DNA from: an uncultured Eubacteriales bacterium
GTDB lineage: Bacteria; Bacillota; Clostridia; Christensenellales; CALVMC01
Direction of reading: 5' to 3'
Assembly: GCA_949296455.1 (NCBI GenBank)
Contig: CASFOZ010000003.1
Coordinates: 83,767-147,766 of the forward strand
Length of the DNA: 64,000 nt
The position numbers and the translations under genes were made by a program. Shown piece after piece: positions 19,980 through 30,079 of the stretch. The notes under the pieces are model-generated. The model did not search any database and had not been told where the DNA came from. It saw only the letters and a program-made list of their open reading frames with translations. Within the stretch, counting starts at the first letter, position 1, and each line of letters opens with the position of its first letter.

Positions 19980-21239
19980 TTAGAGTTTAATTCCTATATC
20001 CTTTCTGAAATGCATATTTTCAAAATAAATTTTTTCTATATTTTTATAAGCTTTTTTTCTGGCTTCTTCTATACTGCTTCCCAAAGCCGTAACACCTATA
20101 ACCCTTCCGCCGTTTGTAAAAAGTTTTCCGTTCTCGTCTTTTTTTGTACCGGCGTGAAAAAGCAATATATCTTTATCGATATCTCCGATTTTTATTTCGA
20201 GTCCTTTTTTATAATTTTTAGGATACCCGCCTGATGCCAGAATAACGCATACGGCGCTTTCTTTTTTCCATCTGATATCGGCCTTATCAAGTTTGCCGTC
20301 GATAACGCTTAGCACGATATCGGTAAAATCCGAATCGAGTCGGGGCAAAATTACCTGTGTTTCCGGGTCGCCGAATCTGGCGTTATATTCTAAAACTTTA
20401 ATACCGTCGTCTGTAATCATAAGACCGAAATAAAGAACTCCTTTAAAAGTTCTGCCTTCTTTATTCATTGCGTCAACGGTTTTGAGCATTATGTTTTTAT
20501 AAACATAATCTTCCATTTGTTTTGTATAACATTGACTCGGGCTGAAAGTTCCCATTCCGCCCGTATTCAAACCTTCATCGTTATCGTAAGCCCTTTTATG
20601 GTCCTGAGAAGAGACCATGGGAATTATGGTCTTTCCGTCGCAAAAGGAAAGTACGGTTACCTCTTTGCCTTTCAAAAATTCTTCTATAATAACCTTTTTA
20701 CCTGCTTCCTTAAATGTTTCGTTCACCATCATATCGTAAAGAGCCTGTTTTGCCTCTTCGATATTTTCTGCAATAATTACGCCTTTTCCGAGGGCAAGAC
20801 CGTCGGCTTTTATAACTATCGGATATTTTTGTTTTTCAACATACGAAATGGCTTTTTTATAATCTGTAAATTCTTCATAGGAAGCGGTAGGAATACCGTA
20901 TTTTTTCATAAGTTTTTTAGCAAAACTTTTGCTTCCTTCTATAATGGCCGCATTCTTTTTTGGACCGAAAACTTTATAGCCTTTATCTTCGAGAAAATCG
21001 ACAAGACCGCCCGCAAGAGGGTCGTCCGGTGCTACGAAAACCAAATCGATATTTTTATGAGCTTCTAAAAATTTAAAAATACTTTCAAAGTCCATTACGG
21101 AAATATTTTCGCATTCGGCAATTTCTTCTATACCGGCATTTCCGGGAATAGCATAAATTTTATTTACCTTAGGACTTTTTTTGAAAGCCCAAACTATTGC
21201 GTGTTCTCTGCCGCCACCGCCTATAACAAGTACATCCAT
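19980..21239 (-). CDS. purD: Phosphoribosylamine-glycine ligase
   Basis: GGGGREHA, KADGLALGKGV, QDHKR, NTGGMG, EYNARFGDPE. Confidence 0.97.
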   Translation of the reverse strand: MDVLVIGGGGREHAIVWAFKKSPKVNKIYAIPGNAGIEEIAECENISVMDFESIFKFLEAHKNIDLVFVAPDDPLAGGLVDFLEDKGYKVFGPKKNAAIIEGSKSFAKKLMKKYGIPTASYEEFTDYKKAISYVEKQKYPIVIKADGLALGKGVIIAENIEEAKQALYDMMVNETFKEAGKKVIIEEFLKGKEVTVLSFCDGKTIIPMVSSQDHKRAYDNDEGLNTGGMGTFSPSQCYTKQMEDYVYKNIMLKTVDAMNKEGRTFKGVLYFGLMITDDGIKVLEYNARFGDPETQVILPRLDSDFTDIVLSVIDGKLDKADIRWKKESAVCVILASGGYPKNYKKGLEIKIGDIDKDILLFHAGTKKDENGKLFTNGGRVIGVTALGSSIEEARKKAYKNIEKIYFENMHFRKDIGIKL

Positions 21240-21253
21240 AGTATTCTCCAAAA

Positions 21254-22789
21254 TCAGTGTTTAAAATGACGCATACCGCAAAATACCATTGCAATACCGT
21301 ATTTGTTGCAAGCTTCTATACTTTCGTTATCTCTTATGCTTCCGCCGGGCTGAATTATAGTCTTAATTCCGGCTTTTGCCGCAAGTTCAACACAGTCTGG
21401 AAACGGAAAAAAGGCATCGGAAGCGAGTACTGCTCCTTTAGTGGGTTTGATTGAATGTTCAATAGCCTGAGCGCAAGCCCATACTCTGTTTGTCTGTCCT
21501 GCGCCTATTCCCAAAGTCGTTTTGTCTTTTGCTACGACAATGGCATTGCTTTTAGTATGTTTTACCACTTTGTAAGCGAATTTTAAATCTTCTATTTCGC
21601 CTTCAGAAGGTTTTGCTGTAGTTACATATTGAAGTTCTTCCATAAGACGGTCATCGTAATTCTGAACAAGCAGTCCCCCTACGACCTTTTTTATATCGTA
21701 ACTTTCGTCTTTAATGGGAGAATTGATAGTGGGTAATTCCAAAAGTCTTATATTGGCTTTTTTCGTTAATATCTCAATAGCTTTTTTCGAAAACGAAGGC
21801 GCTATAACTATTTCTATAAATATTTTTGAAATCTGTTCCGCCGTTTTTTCGTCAATTTCCTTATTTGCCGCAATAATACCTCCGTAAACCGAAACCGGGT
21901 CACTCTCATAAGCTGCTTTGAATGCATCGGATAAAGTATCGGCAACGGCAACTCCGCAAGGATTAGCGTGTTTAACGGCAACGATTGCTGGCTTTTTATC
22001 GAATTCACGAAGTAAGTCTAAAGCTCCGTTAGCGTCATTTATATTGTTGTAGGAAAGTTCTTTTCCGTGAAGCTGTTTTGCCATGGTAAGCGCACCCGGA
22101 TAAGGAAGTATCTCTTTATAGAACGCAGCGTTCTGATGCGGATTTTCTCCGTATCTTAAATCCTGACATTTTTCATAAGCAAAAGCGATTTGCTCGGGGA
22201 ATTTTATTCCTGCTTTTTCTCTTAAATATGCTGAAATCATACTGTCGTAAACAGCCGTATGCTGAAAGACTTTATACATTAAATAAAATTTCTTTTCAAG
22301 ACTTACTTCCCCGTTTTTCAGTTCGCTTAATGTAGAGTCATAATCTTTCGGGTCAACAAGCACAACGACATCCTGATAATTTTTTGCTGCGCTTCTCAGC
22401 ATTGTAGGTCCGCCTATATCAATATTTTCGATAGCGTCTTTCAAGGTGCAGTTGTTTTTCATAATTGTTTCCTTAAAAGGATAAAGATTGACTACAACTA
22501 TATCGATAGTGTTAATATTGAGTTTTTCAAGTTGACTCATATGTTCTTTATTGGAGCGGACGGCAAGAAGACCTGCGTGCACATTCGGATGAAGGGTTTT
22601 AACTCTTCCGTCAAGACATTCGGGAAAACCTGTAATTTCGCTTATTCCTATAACATCGATTTTAGCGTCTTTCAAAACTTTGAGCGTTCCTCCGGTAGAA
22701 ATGATTTCATAACCTAAAAGTGCTATTTCTCTTGCAAATTCCACTATTCCTGTTTTATCGGAAACACTTATTAATGCTCTTTTTTTCAT
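21254..22789 (-). CDS. purH: Bifunctional AICAR transformylase / IMP cyclohydrolase
   Basis: [49 protein letters not shown]. Confidence 0.97.
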   Translation of the reverse strand: MKKRALISVSDKTGIVEFAREIALLGYEIISTGGTLKVLKDAKIDVIGISEITGFPECLDGRVKTLHPNVHAGLLAVRSNKEHMSQLEKLNINTIDIVVVNLYPFKETIMKNNCTLKDAIENIDIGGPTMLRSAAKNYQDVVVLVDPKDYDSTLSELKNGEVSLEKKFYLMYKVFQHTAVYDSMISAYLREKAGIKFPEQIAFAYEKCQDLRYGENPHQNAAFYKEILPYPGALTMAKQLHGKELSYNNINDANGALDLLREFDKKPAIVAVKHANPCGVAVADTLSDAFKAAYESDPVSVYGGIIAANKEIDEKTAEQISKIFIEIVIAPSFSKKAIEILTKKANIRLLELPTINSPIKDESYDIKKVVGGLLVQNYDDRLMEELQYVTTAKPSEGEIEDLKFAYKVVKHTKSNAIVVAKDKTTLGIGAGQTNRVWACAQAIEHSIKPTKGAVLASDAFFPFPDCVELAAKAGIKTIIQPGGSIRDNESIEACNKYGIAMVFCGMRHFKH

Positions 22790-22800
22790 ATTATCCTCCG

Positions 22801-23382
22801 TTATTCCTCACATAATTTTTTTACTGCTTCCGGCAGAAGTCTATGTTCTAATTCGAGTACTCTCTCCTGTAAAATTTCCGGCGTATCGGTATCGTAAACC
22901 GGAACTGTTTTTTGCATAATTATTTCACCCGTATCGGCATTTTCGTCTACATAATGAACGGTAGCGCCGCTGACGGTATCTCCGCTTTCTATAACCGATT
23001 TATGAACTCTTATTCCGTAATAACCTTTTCCGCAATGTTTGGGAATAAGCGAGGGATGTATATTTATGATTTTTCTTTCGAAAGTTTTAACTAATTTTTC
23101 GGTTAAAATATTAAGGTAACCTGCAAGCACAATTAAATCAATATCATATTCCTTCAAAACCTTCAATATTTCATCGTCCATCGCATCAAGCGAAGGATAA
23201 TTCTCTTTCGGAAAAACTTTATACGGAATATTTTCTTTTATAGCTCTTTCGATTGCGTAAATCCCGTTTTTACTTGCTATTACCAAAACAACCTTACCGT
23301 TTATTTCGCCTCTTTTTATGCTGTCGATAACCGATTGCATATCGGTTCCCCCGCCTGAAACGAATATGGCTATTCTTTTCAT
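22801..23382 (-). CDS. purN: Phosphoribosylglycinamide formyltransferase
   Basis: SGGGTD, LAGY, INIHPSL, GATVH, DTGEII. Confidence 0.95.
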   Translation of the reverse strand: MKRIAIFVSGGGTDMQSVIDSIKRGEINGKVVLVIASKNGIYAIERAIKENIPYKVFPKENYPSLDAMDDEILKVLKEYDIDLIVLAGYLNILTEKLVKTFERKIINIHPSLIPKHCGKGYYGIRVHKSVIESGDTVSGATVHYVDENADTGEIIMQKTVPVYDTDTPEILQERVLELEHRLLPEAVKKLCEE

Positions 23383-24395
23383 AAAATCACGCCTTCGCCT
23401 TTTACGGTTTTTCCTATGATATAAGCCTTTTCGCCTATATCGTTAAGGAATTTACAAACATCTTTTGCGTCTTTTTTAGAAACGGCAGCCACCATACCTA
23501 TACCCATATTGAATGTATTGTAAATTTTCTCATTATCGATAGAGGCTTTTTTCTGCATATATTTGAACACAGCCGGCACTTCGTAAGAATCGATATCGAT
23601 TTTTGCCGCTATTCCTTTAGGTAAAATTCGCGGTATATTTTCAATAAAACCTCCGCCAGTAATATGAGCAAGACCTTTAATATCGAATTTATCGATAAGA
23701 CTAAGAATACTTTTTACATAAATTTTGGTAGGTTCGAGCAAAATATCTGCGGGAGCAGCATTGAGTTCGGGAATAAATTTTAAAAGTTCCTTTTTATCTT
23801 CTCCGAAAAGCTTTCTTACAAGAGAATACCCGTTACTGTGTATTCCGCTCGAAGCAAGTCCCACAAGCACATCGTCTTCAGAAATTTTTTTTCCGTTGAT
23901 TACCTTATTTCTTTTTGCTATACCTACGCTGAACCCTGCCATATCGTAATCGTCCTGACCGTAAAAACCCGGCATTTCGGCTGTTTCTCCGCCAATGAGT
24001 GCGCAACCTGCTTGTACACATCCTTCCGAAACGCCTTTTACTATGAGGGCAATTTTTTCGGGTATTAACTTGCCTGTTGCAATATAATCTAAAAACAAAA
24101 GAGGCTTAGCTCCCTGACACACGATATCGTTTACGCACATAGCCACACAGTCTATACCTACCGTATCGTGCTTATCCAAAATAAAAGCATATTTCAGTTT
24201 AGTACCGACTCCGTCGGTTCCCGCAACAAGAACGTCGGAGTCCGGTTTATCGCCAAGAGCGTAAAAACCCCCGAAACTGCCGATATCGCCTATAACGTTT
24301 TTGTCATAGGTTTTTTTAACGTATTCTTTCATAAGACTTACGGCTTTATAACCTGCTTCAACATCGACTCCTGCCGATTTATAATCAATACCCAT
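23379..24395 (-). CDS. purM: AIR synthase
   Basis: YKSAGVD, TDGVGTK, GGETAEMPG, HSNGYS, HITGGG, FNMGIG. Confidence 0.97.
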   Translation of the reverse strand: MGIDYKSAGVDVEAGYKAVSLMKEYVKKTYDKNVIGDIGSFGGFYALGDKPDSDVLVAGTDGVGTKLKYAFILDKHDTVGIDCVAMCVNDIVCQGAKPLLFLDYIATGKLIPEKIALIVKGVSEGCVQAGCALIGGETAEMPGFYGQDDYDMAGFSVGIAKRNKVINGKKISEDDVLVGLASSGIHSNGYSLVRKLFGEDKKELLKFIPELNAAPADILLEPTKIYVKSILSLIDKFDIKGLAHITGGGFIENIPRILPKGIAAKIDIDSYEVPAVFKYMQKKASIDNEKIYNTFNMGIGMVAAVSKKDAKDVCKFLNDIGEKAYIIGKTVKGEGVIL

Positions 24396-24428
24396 ATCGT
24401 CTCCCTTTTCCAAAATTATGTAAATCCT

Positions 24429-24926
24429 TTAATTTTTACTTAATTCGTTTTGAAACGCTTTATCGTCCGCAACGATTTTTTCATTCATTTTAATCTTATA
24501 ATCCTTGAGTTTTTCGGCAAGTTTTTTGTCTCCCAAAGCGAGTATCTGAACGGCAAGTAATGCTGCGTTCTCGGCTCCGTTTATGGCAACCGTCGCAACC
24601 GGAATTCCTGAAGGCATCTGAACGGTTGAAAGCAAACTGTCCAACCCGTCCATAGTAGAAGATTTTACCGGAATACCTATAACCGGCAATATCGTGTTGG
24701 ACGCAAGAACACCTGCAAGATGAGCGGCTTTTCCTGCCGCTGCAATAATTACGCCGAATCCGTTTTTTATCGCATTTTTTGCAAAGTCGTGAGCAATATC
24801 CGGCGTGCGATGCGCAGACATAATTCTGCATTCCGTTTCTATACCGAATTTTATCAGCGTATCACGGGCAGGCTTTACTGCATCGTAATCGCTTTTACTT
24901 CCCATAATTATCGCAACTTTATACAT
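24429..24926 (-). CDS. purE: N5-CAIR mutase PurE
   Basis: MGSKSD, SAHRTP, AAHLAG, VQMPSGIPVATV. Confidence 0.96.
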   Translation of the reverse strand: MYKVAIIMGSKSDYDAVKPARDTLIKFGIETECRIMSAHRTPDIAHDFAKNAIKNGFGVIIAAAGKAAHLAGVLASNTILPVIGIPVKSSTMDGLDSLLSTVQMPSGIPVATVAINGAENAALLAVQILALGDKKLAEKLKDYKIKMNEKIVADDKAFQNELSKN

Positions 24927-24940
24927 ATTCTTTTACCTCT

Positions 24941-26131
24941 CTAAAGTGACTGAGCTATTTTTTCGATAAACTGTAAAGAATTCAATCCTTTTACCTGAGC
25001 GTTTCCGCTATATAAAGAAATTAAATCTTTTGTCATATAACCGCTTTCGATTGTGGAAATTGTGGCTTTTTCGAGTTTATCCGCAAAATCGGAAAGTGCT
25101 TTGATTTTATCCAATTCCCCTCTCTTTCTGAGCGCACCCGTCCAAGCAAAAATCGTAGCAACCGGATTTGTTGAAGTTTCTTCGCCTTTCAAATGCTTAT
25201 AATAATGTCTTGTAACGGTTCCGTGGGCTGCTTCGTATTCGAACTTTCCGTCAGGTGAAACCAAAACAGAGGTCATCATAGCAAGAGACCCGAAGGCTGT
25301 CGCTACCATATCGCTCATAACGTCACCGTCGTAATTCTTGCAAGCCCAAATCATACCGCCAGAACTTCTCATAACTCTTGCGACAATATCATCGATAAGC
25401 GAATAGAAATATTCGATACCTGCTTTTTTGAATTTATCGGAATATTCTTTAATAAAAATTTCATTGAAAATATCTTTGAATGTATGATCGTAAATTTTGC
25501 TTATAGTGTCTTTTGCGCCGAACCATAAATCTGTTTTTTTATCGAGTGCATAATTCATACAGCTTCTTGCAAAACTTGCAATACTTTTTTCGGTATTGAA
25601 CATACCCATAACTACGCCGGGACCTTTCTCGAAATCGAAAACGGGAATACTGTTTTCGCCGTTGATTGTAAGTTCCGCCTTGTCCCCTTTTTTTGCGCTG
25701 TATTCCTTACAGCTGTAAATATCACCGTAAGCATGTCTTGCTATAATTATCGGTTTTTTCCAATTAGGAACGAGAGGTTTAATTCCTTCGCACAATACAG
25801 GACTTCTGAAAACCGTTCCGTCAAGAGCCGCCCTTAATGTTCCGTTAGGGCTTTTATACATTCTTTTAAGACTATATTCCGTTACACGGTCGGCATTTGG
25901 AGTTATAGTTGCGCATTTTACGCCGACTCCGTATTTTTTAATCGCCTCAGCCGCTTCCACTGTGACTTTGTCGTCTGTTTCGTCACGGTTTTTAAGTCCT
26001 AAATCATAGTATTCGGTTTTTAAATTGACGAAAGGTTTGATTAAATAATCTTTAATCCACTGCCATAAAATTCTTGTCATCTCATCGCCGTCTAATTCAA
26101 CAAGCGGCATTTTCATTTCTATTTTTTCCAT
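24941..26131 (-). CDS. icd: NADP-dependent isocitrate dehydrogenase (eukaryote-like type)
   Basis: [41 protein letters not shown]. Confidence 0.95.
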   Translation of the reverse strand: MEKIEMKMPLVELDGDEMTRILWQWIKDYLIKPFVNLKTEYYDLGLKNRDETDDKVTVEAAEAIKKYGVGVKCATITPNADRVTEYSLKRMYKSPNGTLRAALDGTVFRSPVLCEGIKPLVPNWKKPIIIARHAYGDIYSCKEYSAKKGDKAELTINGENSIPVFDFEKGPGVVMGMFNTEKSIASFARSCMNYALDKKTDLWFGAKDTISKIYDHTFKDIFNEIFIKEYSDKFKKAGIEYFYSLIDDIVARVMRSSGGMIWACKNYDGDVMSDMVATAFGSLAMMTSVLVSPDGKFEYEAAHGTVTRHYYKHLKGEETSTNPVATIFAWTGALRKRGELDKIKALSDFADKLEKATISTIESGYMTKDLISLYSGNAQVKGLNSLQFIEKIAQSL

Positions 26132-26166
26132 AGTAAGATTTTAACATAATGAAGATAAAAAATCAA
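26132..26166 (-). promoter_or_regulatory. SigA promoter of icd-pur, probable leaderless transcript
   Basis: TTGATT-17-TAAAAT (with extended TG)-cttact-ATG; no SD. Confidence 0.65.
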
Positions 26167-26199
26167 CAACACAACATAATGTAATTAATTATTTAATAT

Positions 26200-26223
26200 A
26201 AAAAAAGCGGCGGCGCCGCTTTT
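26200..26223 (-). terminator. Intrinsic terminator after ddl
   Basis: aaaaaaagcgg-cggcg-ccgcttt. Confidence 0.65.
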
Positions 26224-27340
26224 ATTTTTCTTTTATGAATTTAGGATTTATATTCAGTATGTTAGAATCATAACCGTGCAAAAGTTCTTCTTTTTCTTTA
26301 TTTCTGTAAATGCAGTTATCTATAAGTAAATTAATTAAATCCTTAAAGGTTATACCCTGCGGTTCGAACAAATAATATGCAAGAGAACCGGGTATGGAAT
26401 TTACTTCGTTAACGAATACGTTATCGTCTTTATCTACAATAAAGTCAATTCTTGCAATACCGCCGAGTTTCAGACCTTTATATATATCCATAGTATAGCG
26501 GCGTATAACTTTTGCAATTTCTACTGAAATTTTTGCAGGACATTCTCTTTTAGGACTGTTTTCATTTTTTGAACCTTGAATATATTTATCTTTGAATGTT
26601 AAAAACTCATTGACTTTTACCGGCTTTTCTATACAGCTTATAAATACATTCTCCCTACAAGCAAATGCGGCGCAGTTACATTCGGTTATGTTTTCCAGAG
26701 CCTTTTCCAAAATTACCGTTTCATCGTACATGAACGCCAGTTCCAGCCCCTTTTCCAATTCGCTCTTATCCCGTGAAAAGGTTATTCCTATACTCGAACC
26801 TAATTTTGCAGGTTTAACTATAATAGGATAATCGAGAGATTTTTCTATCTTTTTTATCACTGTATTTTTATTCTTTTCGTAAGCTTTTTTCTCCGCTTCT
26901 ACAAAATCGATAACCGGCAAACCCATGTTAATAAAAAGTTTTTTTTGAAGTACTTTATCCATAGTAACGGCACTCGAAGCAACATCGCTTGATATATACG
27001 GCAATCTGTTTATTTCGAGATATCCTTGCAGACTTCCGTCCTCCCCGAGTCCGCCGTGTGCCGCTAAAAGGCAAACATCTATCTTCTTGTAGAAGGAAAT
27101 TTTTTTGCCTTTCAAAGTATAAATTTTATTTCCTTTTATAATACATTCGCTAAAATTTTTAATATTGAAATCCGAATATATAGCGAGTGAATTTTGTTTA
27201 GGAATATAAAATTTATCTTCTTTAATATAAACGGGAATCGCAGTGTATTTTTTGTCTATGTTTTCCATTACCTGTGCGGCGGTTATCACGGACACATCGT
27301 GTTCGCAAGATAACCCTCCGTAAATTACAGCAATATTCAT
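26222..27340 (-). CDS. ddl: D-alanine-D-alanine ligase family protein
   Basis: YGGLSCEHDVS, HGGLGEDG, MDK, KPAKLGSSIG, omega loop FKDKY, RIDF, NEVNSIPG. Confidence 0.92.
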   Translation of the reverse strand: MNIAVIYGGLSCEHDVSVITAAQVMENIDKKYTAIPVYIKEDKFYIPKQNSLAIYSDFNIKNFSECIIKGNKIYTLKGKKISFYKKIDVCLLAAHGGLGEDGSLQGYLEINRLPYISSDVASSAVTMDKVLQKKLFINMGLPVIDFVEAEKKAYEKNKNTVIKKIEKSLDYPIIVKPAKLGSSIGITFSRDKSELEKGLELAFMYDETVILEKALENITECNCAAFACRENVFISCIEKPVKVNEFLTFKDKYIQGSKNENSPKRECPAKISVEIAKVIRRYTMDIYKGLKLGGIARIDFIVDKDDNVFVNEVNSIPGSLAYYLFEPQGITFKDLINLLIDNCIYRNKEKEELLHGYDSNILNINPKFIKEK

Positions 27341-27351
27341 TTTTACCTCCG

Positions 27352-28941
27352 CTAAATTTCGTCATAATTATCGGGTAAATCATTTTCTATTAAAACCGTA
27401 TCGCCGGCTTTAAGAATATTTTTAAACTCGCTTTTCACCTCTTCAAGTGAGTTTTTAATTATAATATTTTCAACATCGAATTTTTCTTCAATAAGAGCGT
27501 TATAAATAGGTTTTGTTCGGTTTTTACCTATTAAAACGACACAGGAACAAACTTTTGCCATTTTTTTGCCTATTTCGTAATTTGTATCGTAATGCTTAAA
27601 ACCCTGCTCGACAATACCCGGAGTAACGATAATTTTTCTTCCTTCGAAAAGATTAAGACAATCCAATGCGGAATTGAATCCGTCGCTGTTAGAATTGAAA
27701 CTGTCGTCGATAACGCATATATCGTTATCTGCGTCGATAAGTTCCATACGGTGCGGTACGGGCTTCAGAAATTTTATAGCATTTACTATGTTTTCGTTTT
27801 TTATTCCTATTTTATGCGCAGCAGCTGCAGACACGGCAATATTCAGAACATTATGTAATCCTATTAATTTTGTTCTGCAAAATAAACTTTCATCTTCAAT
27901 ATGTAAAATGAATTCGCTGCCCGTCTTTGTTACGGTAATCCGGTCTGCGTAAACATCGGCTTTATTTTTTATCGAAACTCCGACCTTGTTCCCTTCATAA
28001 CACTTATAAATTTCATTTGCATAAGGACTGTCGATATTTATAATAAGCGTACCGTTTGACGGTAACATATCGGCTATTTTTTTCTTTTCGTTCACTATAT
28101 TTTCCTGTGTTTCGAAGCTTTCCAAATGCTGACTGTTTATACCTGTAAGTATTCCGTATGTAGGTTTGACAAGGTTCATAAGTTCCTCTATATCGCCTTT
28201 GTGTCGTGCGCCCATTTCGGCTATAAAAAACTCGGTATCGCTTTTTAAATCGGAAACCGTCTTACATATACCCATAGGAGTATTGTAACTTTCGGGCGTT
28301 GAAAGTACGTTGCGTTCTTCTGAAATCATAGCGTTGAGTATGTTTTTAACACCGGTTTTTCCGTATGAACCCGTAATACCTATTTTTATTGCAGAACTTT
28401 CATTTAAAGTTTTTTCGCACTTTTCAATGTAACAGCTTTTGATATAATTTTCCAAAGGCTCACATAAATTTACCGCTATCAAAAAATACAACGGAACAAA
28501 AAAAGCGAGTATAGGCGCAAAGACAGAAATAAAATCCGCATCCGTACTAATCAGTGAAATTACGGAAAATACAACGAAATATATTAAAAGAATTTCCACG
28601 AACATTACAACAAAAAGTCTTTTGATTCTGTTAGTGATTTTAAAAGGTTTTTTACCGCTGTAACTTTTGGAAAAGAATGCAAGATACACACAGCATATTC
28701 CGAATATTACCCAATAAAAATAAACCGCATATACCCTGTCGGAAATTATACATAGAAAACTTGTAATCAAAGAAAGCACGGTAAGAAGCAAGAAGACGAA
28801 ATTGAATTTTTCAAAATAAGTCTTATCCTTCACACTGAAATCAGGTTTGTATCCGTTAAGCTGTAAAGTGTAAACATATTGCTTTGAAGTTATTAAAACT
28901 AAAATCGAAAAAAACAAAGCAAGTAGAAAATTAAGCAACAT
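27352..28941 (-). CDS. murF: MurF-family ligase with N-terminal multi-pass membrane domain
   Basis: GITGSYGKT, SYNTPMG, EMGARH, HRME, DDSFNSN, ENDLPD; ~160 N-terminal residues with several hydrophobic helices; start revised to ATG 28941 after GGAGG. Confidence 0.85.
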   Translation of the reverse strand: MLLNFLLALFFSILVLITSKQYVYTLQLNGYKPDFSVKDKTYFEKFNFVFLLLTVLSLITSFLCIISDRVYAVYFYWVIFGICCVYLAFFSKSYSGKKPFKITNRIKRLFVVMFVEILLIYFVVFSVISLISTDADFISVFAPILAFFVPLYFLIAVNLCEPLENYIKSCYIEKCEKTLNESSAIKIGITGSYGKTGVKNILNAMISEERNVLSTPESYNTPMGICKTVSDLKSDTEFFIAEMGARHKGDIEELMNLVKPTYGILTGINSQHLESFETQENIVNEKKKIADMLPSNGTLIINIDSPYANEIYKCYEGNKVGVSIKNKADVYADRITVTKTGSEFILHIEDESLFCRTKLIGLHNVLNIAVSAAAAHKIGIKNENIVNAIKFLKPVPHRMELIDADNDICVIDDSFNSNSDGFNSALDCLNLFEGRKIIVTPGIVEQGFKHYDTNYEIGKKMAKVCSCVVLIGKNRTKPIYNALIEEKFDVENIIIKNSLEEVKSEFKNILKAGDTVLIENDLPDNYDEI

Positions 28942-28943
28942 AA

Positions 28944-29630
28944 TTAACCCTCCGCAAATTTTTGAAGTATAATGGTAAAGTCGCTTAAACATTCTATGTA
29001 ACAAAAGTGCGAACCGTGAAAAATAATTAATGCAGAATCCGGAATTTTTTCTTCCATAATTTTTGCCATATATAAAGGCGTGTCTTTGTCCTTATCGCCC
29101 CATATAAGAAGAACGGGAATATTTATTTCAGAAAGCAACGGCGTTAAATCTTCGTTGACGACATTAACGAAGGTTTTTTTCATTACATCGCTTAAAGCAT
29201 TGTAATCCTGAGAACCGGTTTTAAGCGTTATATTGAATTTTTTGAAAAATTTATAAGCGCCTACTTTTATCTTGTAACTCAAACCTCTTTTCGGTAATAC
29301 TCCTGCGCTGTCTGTAAGCAACATTCTTTTTATGTATGGAAAATTCTGAGAAGCGAGTTTTATTGCCACTCTGCCCCCGAAAGAATGTGCGCAAACAGTG
29401 AGATTTTTCATGTCGTAAAACTCAATAATTTCTTTTACCGCTTCTACATAATCATCGAGACAAAGAGGATTTTCGGGATGTTCCGAATCTCCGAATCCGT
29501 AAAAGTCCAATAAAGTTATTCTGTGATTTTGAATATTTCGGGCAACGCCCGTAAAACTGTCGATAGAGCCGCCCCAACCGTGCAAAAAAAGAATGTCGTC
29601 TCCCGAACCGAATTGTATATGATTTAAAAT
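28944..29630 (-). CDS. Alpha/beta-fold hydrolase (probable ATT start at 29630)
   Basis: FLHGWGG oxyanion loop, GFGDS, AHSFGG nucleophile, WGDKD, GSHF; frame stays open upstream of TTG 29585 through ILNHIQFGSGDDILFLHGWGG. Confidence 0.85.
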   Translation of the reverse strand: MLNHIQFGSGDDILFLHGWGGSIDSFTGVARNIQNHRITLLDFYGFGDSEHPENPLCLDDYVEAVKEIIEFYDMKNLTVCAHSFGGRVAIKLASQNFPYIKRMLLTDSAGVLPKRGLSYKIKVGAYKFFKKFNITLKTGSQDYNALSDVMKKTFVNVVNEDLTPLLSEINIPVLLIWGDKDKDTPLYMAKIMEEKIPDSALIIFHGSHFCYIECLSDFTIILQKFAEG

Positions 29631-29641
29631 TAAAATTCACC

Positions 29642-30079
29642 TCAAAGCTCAGCCATCATTACGAGCGCAGTTTTTTTATCTTTATAGTAATTCTTTCGCT
29701 CCGAAATAACTTTGAAGCCGAAACTTCGGTATAAATTTATAGCGCAGATATTGTCTTCCCGTACTTCGAGAAATATTTTTTTTACATTTGATTTTTTAAT
29801 CAAATCAAACCCTTCTTTCATCAAAAGTTTAGCGCAGCCTTGTCTTCTGAAATTTTCCCCGACCGCTATCGAAAGTATTTCCGCCTCGTCTTTTACAATA
29901 CTTAAAACTATATAGCCTGTTATATCGGTATGATTAACGGATTTCAGAATTTTTATATGTGCAAGTTTATAAAGGTCTTTAAATCCTTTTATTCCGAACG
30001 AATCGGAAATAGAATCGTCGCATATTTTACTTATTTTGCCTAAATCTTTTTCTCTAATTTCTTTTACTGTAAAATTCAC
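29642..30079 (-). CDS. rimI: RimI-like GNAT N-acetyltransferase
   Basis: IAV..FRRQGCA, LEVREDN, LYRSFGF, RKNYY; follows tsaB. Confidence 0.85.
   Translation of the reverse strand: MNFTVKEIREKDLGKISKICDDSISDSFGIKGFKDLYKLAHIKILKSVNHTDITGYIVLSIVKDEAEILSIAVGENFRRQGCAKLLMKEGFDLIKKSNVKKIFLEVREDNICAINLYRSFGFKVISERKNYYKDKKTALVMMAEL

Noticed and set aside
26136-26166. TTATGTTAAA resembling the XerD arm of a dif site (also at 2281-2290)
   Set aside because: No matching XerC arm at the right spacing; the sequence is explained by the icd extended -10 (and by coding sequence at 2281); no switch in gene orientation.
29452-29640. 62-aa GTG-started ORF overlapping the hydrolase start, suggesting a programmed frameshift
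   Set aside because: The GTG lies inside the SD itself, there is no in-frame X XXY YYZ slippery heptamer, and the hydrolase frame is already open from 29636. An ATT start is simpler.
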